A stretch of 64,000 bases of DNA, from contig CM082577.2 of assembly GCA_040954595.2 (NCBI GenBank), positions 10,007,846-10,071,845 on the forward strand, read 5' to 3'. The DNA comes from Balanoglossus misakiensis (Eukaryota; Animalia; Hemichordata). Below, piece by piece: positions 1-26,073 of the stretch. The notes beneath the pieces are model-generated. The model made no database searches. It saw only the letters and a list, made by a program, of their open reading frames with translations, and was not told the DNA's origin. How positions within the stretch are numbered: position 1 is the first letter of the stretch; every line of letters starts with the position of its first letter. The position numbers were made by a program, and so were the translations under genes.

Positions 1-287
1 AGCTTGAACGCGAAAACTGGCCGTACATTTTAAACATGATTGCACCATTACTGACGGTGGCATTACGGTGTGTTCTCGGGTCATGACCCGGTTAATGATA
101 CATATTCACCGCCTGACCCACAAATAATGACCTTCGATTGATCTGCGAAGTGATGTGTTTAGATGTAGGCCACTCTATCGACGACAAAGTAATCATGGAG
201 AATTCTGTGGGATAATGTACGATAAACAGGCAAACATACAAACGACGTTGAATAACACCAAAGCTTCCCCTGTCTCCTCGTTTGCAG

Positions 288-3200
288 ACATTTGTGTTCC
301 GTGTTGCTGGCTCCACTTGGAAAAACTATGACTGGTCCAAGATAACAACTGTCGGTATGTTTGGGGAGTATGATCCCCAGCTCATGTGCACTGCGCATGC
401 TCATGGCGTGAGACTCGTACAAGCAGGTATGTCAATGGTGATATATATCCAGAAAAGGTGATTGACTTGAACGACGTCAGAGTCAAAACCGTGTGGTGAC
501 CTCGTTGCCGTGACATCGCTTTTTGAGTTCTATTGACATGCAGATCTTGAAAAAGTCAGAAAGTTGATTCAATGGCCAGGCCAAGTGTGTAGAATTTCTA
601 TATATCTAAAACACACTGGTCTGGAGCCAGGCTAATAGTATCCCAAAATACACCGCTTTTAAACATTATCAAAAATGTTAATGAATACATGAGCAATATG
701 TTGAAAAAACTATTTAAACCTACCTCAGAACACCGAAAAAGAAACCACATTTCGTACTCAGAACTTTACACGACCGTTGTTTGAATGTCCACTAGCTGTA
801 ATTTTTAAAGCTATTTCTCAGTACCTGGCTCGTTGAAAACCCAAAAAACTGGGTTTGTTGGGATACTATGGGAGGTGCAGTGAATAGGGAAAGGTACTGG
901 TAGTTGGTACATAATCACAACCTCAGAACACCGAAAAAGAAACCACATTTCGTACTCAGAACAAAATTACTGAAAAAACACTGTGTGATTATTTTGTAAC
1001 TTTATTACTGTAATTCCTGGGCCGTGGACTCGATTAGTCCATTGGGACTATTTCCATGGTCCTAACCAGATATAGACTCTTTTGTTTTACTTGTTCTGTG
1101 TCGTATTGTAATTGTGTAATACTTTAGCTTATGTTCAACTCTATTTATTTATATCTGGTTGAATAAAGATTCATTCAAATGGTCAAAAGTCAAAGGAACA
1201 TTTATAATTCGTGATTTCTGAAATGGCTCCACCAAATTGGATGAATATTTTGTAATTGCATAATTTCCAGTGTTTACCCTCAAACCAAGGAACAGGTTCA
1301 GCTTGTTCTTGGTTTTCGTTACCAATCAGGCAGAGGCTCACCTCATTGGCCAATACTGTGCCACCTACCATCCCAAACTGATTCCTGGAATGCAGTGATA
1401 ATATCCAAGCTTATAGCCAAGGCGGCGTCAAAGGGTTCGATTCTCTAACGAATACGGTACGTCCCGCCGGATTGACGCAATATTTACCCATTCTTTAACA
1501 GCGAGTTTCCCCGAGGCGAGTCTAACCAATAAAGAACAACGCAACAAATGGGTACAGGATCATCTCCAGTTAGTTCAAGATCAATTTATGGATGGTCTAA
1601 ATATCGATATCGAGTTTCCTCTTGTGGACCCCGACAAAAGGCGTATTCTGACCGACTTGGTCAATCAGATGACACAAACCTTTCATAATAAAATACCAGG
1701 ATCCCAGGTAAGTACTTTAAAAAAAGTGATTATTAATGTATTAGACTCGATAATCAAAGTCTTGAACCTCTTCCCTATATTGCCCAAGGCAACTTTAGAG
1801 TATACCAGGATATTTTCTGTTAAACCCGTTTGTTCAGTGCAGGTCACCTTCGACGCCGCTTGGACGCCAGATTGCGCCACACAAGGATTCCGTTGCTATG
1901 ACTACAGAGGTATTGCGGACGCCACGGATTTTCTGTTTGTCATGGACTATGACGAATATGAGACGATAGCAAATCGGTGCATAGCCGATGCAAATTCACC
2001 CATTAATAAAACTATTTCAGGTATAGATATGCATTAATTTGATTTAAAATTTAAGGTTTCAGGTTTTCATTTTCAAGACATCTCAAAGCACTTTCAATAT
2101 TGTCTGTGTTCCTTTTTGCGACGTCCATGTATGTAAAGTCTGTATAGTAGACAGATAAATATTGCAACGCACGTAATCCGCAGACAGTGTTCTCATGTTG
2201 CAATTTGACACGCTGTGTATTAAAACGGTACGGCGCCGATTTAATCAGCCTCCATACAAACAGTACGCAGCTATCCTGGTATGCGTCGCCAAGAGATGAC
2301 AAACTGATGCAAATGCAAGTAATATGGCTTACTGGTGAGGATTTTAGAGGATGGGGAATATATTTGAAGTAGTTAACCTTGGAAAAAAATATGTGACATT
2401 TGGCAGCTATAGGGGCTTTAATATAGATTTTTACCGTGCCACACTTAACACATCATTGTTTTCATTTCAAGGCATCGAAAATTTTATTAAGCTTGGTATT
2501 CCTGCAAGTAAACTGGTGTCAGGATTGCCCTGGTATGCCTACGACTATCCGTGTCTCAATTTGACTGGGGTAAGTTTTTGATCGGCGTTTGGCCAACATG
2601 TTCATCGTGTGATGATCCCAGTATTTCCCGTAAAGATGTTAGTAAACTTATTCGCGTCGAAAGTCTTAAACTTTTCTTTTTGACTGAGGGCAACTTTAGA
2701 TTATTTTCTCGGGGGTCAGCGTGTAAACTTGTCTCGAGTTTGAAATTCAAAACATCTGCTAATCTCTGTTAACTCCATGGAAAAATTTAAAGTAGTGTTT
2801 TTTTATTATAAAAAAGACTGACGATCAACATTCAGTTTTCTTATATATATTTATTAGACAGGGAATACATGTATTCCCACTAGCGCAGGAGTCAAATTAA
2901 ACCTGTTTTTGCACCGATTCGGGTGTGATCGATTTTGGTGAGATACGTTCTTGTCATAACTGTACATTTGTATACTATGACCAATTTTGAGCATCGGTAT
3001 TTTTCTAGGACATTTCTACATGCACCATTAAACACTCACCAGTGTGGCCGAATTGCGATGGACACGTTGGGACAAAAAAGAATTATGGTGTAATCATGAA
3101 GCTTCTTGCACAGAACTCAACCAGCGGGAGAATTTGGAGTGACGCAAACAAGTCGCCGTTCTTTAACTATAAGGTAAGATACTTCTCAGACACGTTGTTT

Positions 3201-3901
3201 GAGGTATTCCGCCAGGATTCACATTACACCGACATGTCACCTATGCAACTTCAGATTTCCACAAATAAATACTAAAATGTTATGTAGTCAGTCTAGAAGT
3301 GGGTCTTTACGCCAGCCCGATATGTAGTTTGAAGTCTTACTGTTTTATCGTAGAGTTTCAGATTGTAAAGTTCACGCCAAATTTTATTCATACTCGAAAT
3401 TCAAACTGCCCGCTAAAGTTCCCGTTTATTTGAACAAAAAATCACTTTTCTAATTTTAATTGTTTTGAATATTTTAATATAAAACATAAACTCAGCATAA
3501 AAAACAGCAAAAATCCTTGATCTCCCCCTGAGACTATTGTTTCATATCCGGATCTGACATCAGCAAGAAGTGTGTGCCCGTATTATTTAAGCATATATTT
3601 ATGCGCTTATTTTACCTGGCCGCCTTGCTTTTAACCCCAAAGCCTGCATGCGCTGATAAAAATACACAGTATTTAGAGCTACCTGGCTTTATTCTTGCAG
3701 GATCAGGCCACCGGCCAGTTCCACCAAGTATGGTACGACGATCCCGAGAGTTTAAAGTTGAAGTTCGACTACGCCACTCAGAGAGATCTGCTGGGCGTTG
3801 GTTTGTTCCACGCCGACGCACTCGATTACAGCGACGATCCAACGGCCAAAATACAAACCAAAGCTATGTGGGATTCATTGCCGGCACGACGCAGTAATTA
3901 G
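288..3901 (+). CDS. CTBS: Di-N-acetylchitobiase (GH18), 5'-partial; exons 288-426, 1502-1707, 1843-2020, 2472-2569, 3009-3173, 3701-3901
   Basis: GT-AG exons join in phase. Peptides: TFVFRVAGSTWKNYDWSKITTVGMFGEYDPQLMCTAHAHG, the GH18 catalytic motif MDGLNIDIE, QVTFDAAW, FLFVMDYDE, KLVSGLPWYAYDYPCL, HQVWYDDPESLKLK. These match what I know of lysosomal chitobiase. The signal-peptide exon lies upstream of the window. Confidence 0.93.
722..962. repeat. 43-bp direct repeat pair in a CTBS intron (722-764 and 920-962)
   Basis: ACCTCAGAACACCGAAAAAGAAACCACATTTCGTACTCAGAAC occurs twice, 198 bp apart. Confidence 0.85.
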
Positions 3902-5945
3902 CGCGCTTCAAATGTTCCCTTTTAAATTTAGAAATAGGTATTATCTTTTAGGTCTTATTCAGGAGTTTAATTTTTCCTAGAATTTGACAGTGTAGGATCC
4001 ATCCCCAAGATATATAAGCCTGCATTTCACTGTTTGACGTAACAGCAAAAAAGAAGCCCCCTCCAGTACTTCGTTTACGACCATCAGCATCAAAAGTGTT
4101 GATAGTCAACTCGATGATATCACCTTGAGAGAAAAAAAGAGCGACGCCGTTGTATTCAAGGGTGTTCAAAAGTATTTGTTTCAACCGTATTTGCTGTGAT
4201 TCATGGAAGATAAAAATAAAAGTTACTATTAAGTGGATTGCGAGTTTATGTCAAGAACTTTCCACGCGCGAATAACAATATTAAAATCCAGACGTATATC
4301 ACATAATCAGCCAATAAATCAATAGATCGATCAATCAAGCAATCAATCAGTCTCTATTGCTCCAATTTGGCCAACGTAACGCACCACACCATAACACAAA
4401 ACGACACAACACAACCCAAAACAGTCGTCAGACGCGTTCAGACGCAGTTACATTGGCATTCAAATTTCCAGATGATGGGCAACTTCAGCAACGTGGTGCA
4501 GACAAAGTCTGTGCAGACCGTATACGAAACGCTATGAGGCCGATGAGGCACCATGCCTGATACATGTTACGTGTCTGGCGGTTCTGAAGTATAAACACAC
4601 TCGGACAAACTTTTTTTCTGGGTGGGGAAATGTTGTTTGCTTGTCACCTGGAAATGACAATGCCGTGGGTCACATGGCCAGATCACATGATTGATATTAA
4701 AGAGTTGAATTCCCTTGGCAGCACGTGCTCGTCCAAGGGTGTCTACAGAATTGCACTTTACAATTAATCTTCTGCGTAGTATACGGAAATTCTCTCGGCA
4801 TTTTGGTATTAATTTTCTCGGTCTATAGCACACGCCCTACAGAACACTGACATTTAGGGTAGCATGTTCACTATGGTTTTTTTTTGGCAGTGTTACGTGC
4901 AGAATCACATTATTTTAATATGCTGTTTACTTTGGAATTAATCTTTTATATTAATCTTCTAGTGCATTATACAGAAATTCTCTCGGCATTTTGGTATTTG
5001 GATTGTTTCGTATATACTAGTGCGAACTCATTTTTTCAATATTATATTCTGACAAGACATGGAGAACTAGCACGCAGTTACCCCGTTCTTGTTTATTTTA
5101 TTAAGATAAATATTGTTTTGCTGAAATATTCATACCGGTAGATAAATAATTAATAGGGCCTACATTGTTAATTTTTCCAATCATCGCAAGATCCCACAAC
5201 CTTCATCTATCATTTTGTAAATTGGGTTTAATCATTAACATAGTTTCATTTATTAGTCACACACTTGACAGGGCGTGCAATAAATAAAAACTGTTTTTGT
5301 TCTTTGAGCTGGTTTGAGACTGGATGTGTCTTGCAGCTTCATCTCATGCAAGCAATTGCCAGCGATGACAGTTCCGTGTCGTTGTATCAATATACAATGT
5401 ACATGTAGTCTTTTTCCTGTGGTAAATACTGTTGAAATTTTCGTCGTTTTCTAACAAAGAAGGTAAGTTAAAATAGCATATATGCACTGAATAGTGTACA
5501 CCGACTCTTTGCATTTTACCTTTACTGATTTTGTCCTTTTTCTCCTTGCTGTTTTGTTTGAAGATAAGTGTCTTTATAGTTCTCGTGATTTTGAAGGCCA
5601 AATTTTACGTGGTATCATGCCAGTATAAAATATCATGTTCACCAACCACTTTCTCTTATTTTACAATTTAACTTCAAGTTTGCTTGTGAGCAGAATGATT
5701 CCAAGTTCTATAGTTTATTGGGGTAAAGCATGTGGCGTGCTAGATCAAATGATCAGATGGACGGAAAGAATGAAAGAACTTTGGAGCGAGGAATGACAAT
5801 CTCTACGTCCCCAAAATGTACTTTATGGTCAAGGTGATGACAACGTCAACACTATATTTTTTATCGGGCACTTAATAATGTGGAATAATGACGCCATCAG
5901 TTTTTGAGAGAGTTGGCCTCTCTGAGTTTGTGTGAGTGTGCATGC

Positions 5946-5977
<32 letters not shown>

Positions 5978-6572
5978 GGAAAGAGGGAGGGAGGGAATAA
6001 TTGGCTCTGACGCAGTATCTTGATGATGTATTTGTTCTGTGTTTTGTTGATTTTGCTGACTGAGCTATATCGGTTTGTGACTGTACCGTGTAACTAATTA
6101 TCAGCATACACCTCCTGGCCCTCTCAGTCAATCCCAATTCGTTTCTATATGGTCATTTTAATTATCAGGATACCCAGATATGATTCAGATTATTATTGAA
6201 CTGAATAATGCAAGTACTGTCATCACCGACTCTTGTATAAATTTAAAAGAACTGTCATTTCGTACTAAAGTGTACATGTATTATGCATGCAAATCCAATA
6301 CCAGGTATACATGGATCCTACTTTGTAATGAAGGGTATTTATCTCCTGCAGTAGTATGCGCGTCGAACGTCTTCAACTTCTTCTCAAAACGACCGCCATT
6401 CTTTGTGTTGGAGAATTTTTTTTCTGAAACTCTGATTCTGAGGCGCATATACCTGTAGTGTAACGTTACGTCATTCCTGGGATATTTATAAATCGAGGTA
6501 TTCACGTTTTTTTTTCCAACAGGATACAGACCAAAATATTTTGATCACTGTGATGTGCTGGGTGGCCTCGCC

Positions 6573-12571
<5,999 letters not shown>

Positions 12572-13573
12572 ACTTTCGGAGCACTAATGGTGTAAGGGAA
12601 GTTAAAATGCTTACGCGAAAAGACGCATTGGCTCTTTCACGAGAGAGGCACCAGATGGATGTCATCAGAAACATTCTTCAGATATTTGCTATTGAAAATA
12701 AATTTGCATCATCTTTAAAGTAACACTTATATAGGAATTTAGATTTTTCATCGTAATCACTTCTGTATCATCATCCAATTGTTTTCATTCAATAAGGCAC
12801 AAGACCAGTAACAAATTTCCCATTGGTCACAATAGTGGCATTGAGCTCAATATTTATATTTGTATGTTAAATGTAAATAATGTATACAAGTTTGTTCGAT
12901 CTATGTGTCAAGAATTCCCAGTTGTCTCGTCTGTGCAATTTGTAAATAAGGTTTGAACTAGACTCTATGGTTGTCGCTGTGCCTGTTGATAAGGAATGGA
13001 ACTTTCATACTGCGTGCAGTGTCACACAGTCTTGGAGCATGACCAGGTTTGAACCAGCAGACGCCCAACCAAACCACAGTTGCCAGTCAAAGTGTATGAC
13101 AGAACTGTATATACGAGTATGTACCCTATACATGTACATGGAACCAATCCACAGAAATGAGAGAAAATATTTGATTAAAACACTCAACTCCATTGGATCC
13201 TTTGCATTGCAAAATTTTCTACTTTATTGAAAATTCACAAGTAGTGCTACACACAAAACAGTTATAAAGTTGATTAGTTTCTGCATAAAAAGTACATTAT
13301 TGTCTCTCAACTGTATGTAACTCAATAATGGTGTCAATCATGTTACAGTACGTCCTCAGTCTAAATGTGAACAGTTGAAAATGTAGAAAATTGGTAGACA
13401 TAGAGAGTTCACTTGCGGTACATTAGCATTCATGTATACACAATTCGTTAATAAGTATTAATTGCTTATATCATGGAAATATAATGGTTATACGAAGAGG
13501 TTTCACATCTCATGGTTAATTTTGTTAGGTCATCAAATTGAACGTTATTGGCCTTTTTTTTGGTGAAGTCGTC

Positions 13574-14583
13574 TTATTTTTCCTTTGGAGGCTGAAGTGC
13601 TTTCTTCAGAGCATCCAGTTTGGATTTCTTCTGCAGTTCTGAAGCCACCGAGTCTTTTCCTCCGCTGTTAGCTGCTGGTTTCTCCTGACGTTCTGAAAAG
13701 TGGAGCGTTTGAAATGGCCGATTATGTTTATGTGTCTCAATTCCTGTCAGTGCGCCCTCTAAGCCCATACCACGCGCCACTGACTTAACAAACACACTGG
13801 CGACCCAATGCATGCAAAGGTGTATAGGGCTGACTCGGAGAAATTTTTGGAAATCTTCAAATTGCCCCAAAGCTGTTTTCAAATTATGTGTATAAGAGGT
13901 CAACACACAGATTCCTGCCTGTATTGTGTCGAACGTACACACAATTAGATTGTTGAAAGGTTTCTCACGAACCAACCGTCAAAATTGACCACACACTACT
14001 TGCAAGTCGGGAAGCTTCACTCATATCTCTATAATGTCGGTAAAGCCAAGCTATACAATGTAAGCATATGTAACTTTTATTACCTGCAGTGATTTTCGAT
14101 TCCTTCTGTAAGATGCTCTTAGCTGGCTTTTCTTGTCGTTTGTCTCCTTCGACTTTAGACAGCATTTCGCGTGCTGCAAAAATGCAAGTGACTTAGGTAC
14201 TAGTAAATTAAAATTATACAAATCCGCCATCATGCCATGTCTTTTGACCACGTGGCTTACCCTACTCGTATTGTAACTTCCATTTTTACGTACTACATGT
14301 ACCGTACGGTATATACTCACAAGTAAATTTTCATTTTTCCCCAAAACATGATGTATTGAGCGCTCAAATCATCATCAGAGATTGTTTCAATACAACAACA
14401 ACAACAACAACAACAATCAACAAATTGATATGGCGCCAAAATCTTCTGTTCAGTGTTACCTGACTATGTTGTGCGCATTATTGTTACCTGCGTTGATTTT
14501 GGATTCCTTCTGCAATGTGCTCTCACGCGCTGGCTTTTCCTGACGCTTATCTCCTGGATGGTCTTAAGACAGCATTTCGCGTG
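13574..14583 (-). pseudogene. Orphan 3' exons (14583-14488, 14173-14084, 13692-13574) of the Cys-repeat gene, unit 1
   Basis: Homologous to the last three exons of the 42502-35135 gene, with no upstream exons. An in-frame TAA at 14566-14564 replaces AAA of the intact copy. Confidence 0.82.
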
Positions 14584-15401
14584 CTGCAAAAAATAACAAG
14601 AGACTTTAATAATTAACTTAACGCAGTTACCCCGTTCTTGTTTATTTTATTAAGATAAATATTGTTTTGCTGAAATATTCATACCGGTAGATAAATAATG
14701 AATAGGGCCTACATTGTTAATTTTTCCAATCATCCCACACCCTTCATCTATCATTTAGTAAATTCGGTTTAATTCATTAACATACTTTGATTAATATATC
14801 ACACACTTGACAGGGCGTGCAATAAATAAAAATGACCTGCTTTTGTTCTTTGAGCTGGTTTGAGACTAGATGTGTCTTGCAGCTTCATTTCGTGCAAGCA
14901 ATTGCCAGCGATGACAGTTCAGTGTCGTTGTATTCCAATATAATTGTAGTCTTTTTCCTGTGGTATAATAGACTGTTGAGATTTTCGTCGTTTTCTCACA
15001 AAGAAGGTAAGTTAAAATAGCATATATGCACCTGAATAGTGTACACCGACTCTTTGCATTTTGTCATTTTTCTCCTGGCTGTTTTGTTGGAAAATGATGG
15101 GCTTTATAGTTCTCGTGATTTTGAAGGCCTAATTTTACTTGGTATGCCAGTATAAAAAACGTGTTTTCAACCACTTTCGCTTATTTTACAATTTAGCTTA
15201 AAGTTTACTTGTGAACAGAATGATTCCAAGTTCTATAGTTTATTGGGGTAAAACATGTGGAATGCTAGATCAAATGATCAAATGGACGGAAAGAATGAAC
15301 TTTGGAGCGAGGAATGGCAATCTCTACGTACAAAAAATGTACTTTATGATCTATACTAGGTGATGACAACGTCAATACTATATTTTTTATCGTGCACTTA
15401 A

Positions 15402-15774
15402 GGATGTACGTGCAGAACAGAAACCGGAAAACTGTGCGCACTCGTCTTTTTCCCGTTGGATTACATTGAAAATTGCTAGAAAACAAACTTCTACTATTGT
15501 CATTTTCACGAAATTTTACACATAGCTCAGTCAAGTAAATATAAATTCATTGGTCAATTAAAATCGTGTGGTCATCGGGATCTATTTGCGTTAAAATTTT
15601 CGCCCATAGACAAACCATTGGCGAGTCAGCAGTTTTCTTCTATTATCGACTAAATTTATGGCTCTGTATTTCTATTTTATATTACAGACTTTCATTATAC
15701 ACATACACAGGATAATCCAAAATTCAATCTCTAAAAGAAATGACGATACTTTCAATTTTGACGACCGTACATCC
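15402..15774. mobile_element. MITE family B (TTAA TSD, GGATGTACG TIR); also at 26894-27264
   Basis: TTAA|GGATGTACG...CGTACATCC|TTAA. The empty site GCACTTAATAATG is in copy 1 at ~5870. A truncated copy lies in intron 8 of all three genes. Confidence 0.88.
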
Positions 15775-16698
15775 TTAATAATGTGGAATAATGACGCCAT
15801 CACTTCTGTCGCCTCCAGGGCCCGTAGTGAATCATACCTTTTTTCAAGGGTTGGTCTCTCCGAGTTTTTTGGGTGTGCAAGAGAAAGAGGAAGAGAGACG
15901 GAAAGAGGGAGGGAGGGAGGGAGAAAGAGAGAAAATTATTGACTCTGACGCAGTATCTTGATGATGTATGTTCTGTGTTTTGTTGATTTTGCTGACTGAG
16001 CTATATCGGTTTGTGACTGTACCGTGTAACTAATTATCAGCATACCTTCTGGCCCTTTCAGTCAATCCCAATTCGTTTCTATATGGTCATTTTAATTATC
16101 AGGATAGCCAGATATGATTCAGATTATTATTGAACTGAATAATGCAAGTGCTGTCATCACCGACTCTTATGAAAATTTAAACGAACTGTCGATCATTTCG
16201 GAATAAAGTGTTACATGCATTATGAAAATCTAATACATGGATTCTACTTTGTGATGAAGGGTATTATCTATATCTCCATCCGGCCATGTCATAATGTCAT
16301 TTTATGGAGCCACAATGGCATTATTATTGAACTGAATAATGCAGTGCTGTCATCACCGACTCTTGTATAAATTTGAAAGAACTGTCATAAATTCGTAATA
16401 AAGTGTACATGTATTATGCAAATCCAATGCCAGGTATACATGGATCCTACTTTGTAATGAAGGGTATTTATCTCCTGTAGTATGCGCGTCGAACGTCTTA
16501 AACTTCTTCTCAAAACGACCGCCATTCTTTGTGTTGGAGAATTTTTTTCTGAAGCTCTGATCCTGAGGCGCATATACCTGAAGTGTAACGTTACGTCATT
16601 CCTGGGATATTTATAAATCGAGGTATTCACGTTTTGTTTTTTCAACAGGATACAGACCAAAATATTTTGAGCACTGTGATGTGCTGGGTGGCCTCGCC

Positions 16699-23491
<6,793 letters not shown>

Positions 23492-23630
23492 ACTTTCGGA
23501 GCACTAATGGTGTAAGGGAAGTTAAAATGCTTACGCGAAAAGACGCATTGGCGAGAGAGGCACCAGATGGATGTCATCAGAAACATTCTTCAGATATTTG
23601 CTATTGAACATAAATTTGCATCATCTTTAA

Positions 23631-24222
23631 AGCCTCAGTATTTCTCGTAGGGGCTAAATTTTGTTTGAAATGGCATCTATAATTTCTAAAAGTAGATGAT
23701 AATTGATACTGAATCGAACAGTCATCATCCCCAGCTCTGCTCATAAACTCATACAATTTACAATATAACGAGTGAAGAATGACTTTCTGTCCGGACAGAA
23801 AGTCAGGCTTTGTTGACACACGTGACTAGCGCGCATGCGCACTCAAATGTGAATCTACACGGAAGAGGTTTAGTCGCCCCAAATCTAACGACTCAGCGAA
23901 GAAATGCGCACTAATTCGGCGAAATTTTGGGAAGATAACTTTATGGGAGAAATCAGTCGATGGAACCAGATCAAATCCGAAAATGGTCTGACCATCAAAT
24001 GTCAAAGTGGCACGTTTGCTGATCGACATGTACAACATTTCCGTTTTAAACAAACCCGCGCTTCATTTCAAGTGTTACGGGCAATATTTACAGCTTGCAC
24101 GTAGCTACAGTTGCCCAAACCTTTCTTCTATCTTCATTATGTAGTATTCCATGATGAATGTACGGGAAAAACGGGCATTTTTCGATGATGAAAAATGGAT
24201 ACACACGAGAAATACTGGGGCT
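23631..24222. mobile_element. MITE family D (TTAA TSD, AGCC..CAGTATTTCTCGT TIR), copy 2 only
   Basis: TTAA|AGCCTCAGTATTTCTCGT...ACGAGAAATACTGGGGCT|TTAA. The empty site ATCTTTAAAGTAAC is in copies 1 and 3. Confidence 0.9.
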
Positions 24223-25068
24223 TTAAAGTAACACTTATATAGGAATTTAGATTTTTCATCGTAATCACTTCATCATCCAATTGTTTTCATTCAATAAGGC
24301 ACAAGACCAGTAACTCGTTTCCCATTGGTCACAATAGTGGCATTGAGCTCAATATTTCTATTTGCACGTTTACATGTAAATATACAGGTTTGTTTGATCT
24401 ATGTGTAAGAATTCCAAGTTGTATCTTCTGTGCAATTTGTAAATAAGGTTTGAACTAGACTCTATGGTTGTCGCTGTGCCTGTTGATAAGGAATGGAACT
24501 TTCATACTGCGTGCAGTGTCACACAGTCTTGGAGCATGACCAGGTTTGAACCTGCAGACGCCCAACCAAACCACAGTTGCCTGTCAAAGTGTATGACAGA
24601 ACTGTATATACGAGTATGTACCCTATACATGGAACCAATCCACAGAAATGAGAGAAAATATTTGATTTAACACTCAACTCCATTGGATCCTTTGCATTGT
24701 GAAATTCCTTCCTTATTGAAAATTCACTCGACAAGTAGTGATACACACAAAACAGTGATAAAATTGATTAGTTTCTGCATAAAAAAATTACATTTATTGT
24801 CTCTCAACTGTATGTAACTCAATAATGGTGTCAATCATGTTACAGTACGTCCCCAGTCTAAATGTGAACAGTTGAAAATGTAGAAAATTGGTAGACATAG
24901 GGAGTTCACTTGCGGTACATTAGCATTCATGTATACACAATTCGTTAATAAGTATTAATTGCTTATATCATGGAAATATAATGGTTATACGAAGAGGTTT
25001 CACATCTCATGGTTAATTTTGTTAGGTCATCAAATTAAACGTTATTGGCCTTTTTTGGTGAAGCCGTC

Positions 25069-26073
25069 TCATTTTCCAATTGGAGGCTGAAGTGCTTTCT
25101 TCAGAGCATCCAGTTTGGATTTCTTCTGCAGTTCTGAAGCCACCGAGTCTTTTCCTCCGTTGGCAGCTGCTGGTTTCTCCTGACGTTCTGAAAAGTGGAG
25201 CGTTTGAAATGGCCGATTATGATTTATGTGTCTCAATTCCTGTCAGTGCGCCCTCTAAGCCCATGCGACGCGCCACTGACTTAACAAACACACTGGCGAC
25301 CAAATGCATGCAAAGGTGTATAGGGCTGACTCGGAGAAATTTTTGGAACTCTTCAAATTGACCCAAAGCTGTTTTCAAATTATGTGTATAAGAGGTCAAC
25401 ACACAGATTCCTGCCTGTATTGTGTCAAACGTACACACAATTAGATTGTTGAAAGGTTTCTCACGAACCAACCGTCAAAATTGACCACACACTACTTGCA
25501 AGTCGGGAAGCTTCACTCATATCTCTATAATGTCGGTAAAGCCAAGCTATACAATGTAAGCATATGTAACTTTTATTACCTGCAGTGATTTTCGATTCCT
25601 TCTGTAAGATGCTCTTAGCTGGCTTTTCCTGTCGTTTGTCTCCTGCGACTTTAGACAGCATTTCGCGTGCTGCAAAAAAATGCAAGTGACTTAGAATAAT
25701 AGATGAATTAAAATTGTACAAATCCGCCATCATACCATGTCTTTTGACCATGTGGTTTACACTTTTCGTGTTGTAACTTCCACTTTACGTACTACATGTA
25801 CCGTACGGTATATACTCACAAGAAAATGTTCATCCCCCCAAACATGATGTATTGAGCGCTCAAATCATCATCAGAGATTATTTGAATACAACAACAACAA
25901 CAACAATCAACACATTTATATGGCGCCAAAATCTTCTGTTCAGTGTTACCTGACTATGTTGTGCGCATTATTGTTACCTGCGTTGATTTTGGATTCCTTC
26001 TGCAAGGTGCTCTCACGTGCTGGCTTTTCCTGACGCTTATCTCCTGGATGGTCTTAAGACAGCATTTCGCGTG
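25069..26073 (-). pseudogene. Orphan 3' exons of the Cys-repeat gene, unit 2
   Basis: The same three exons with the same nonsense change at 26056-26054, and an altered C-terminus. Confidence 0.82.
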
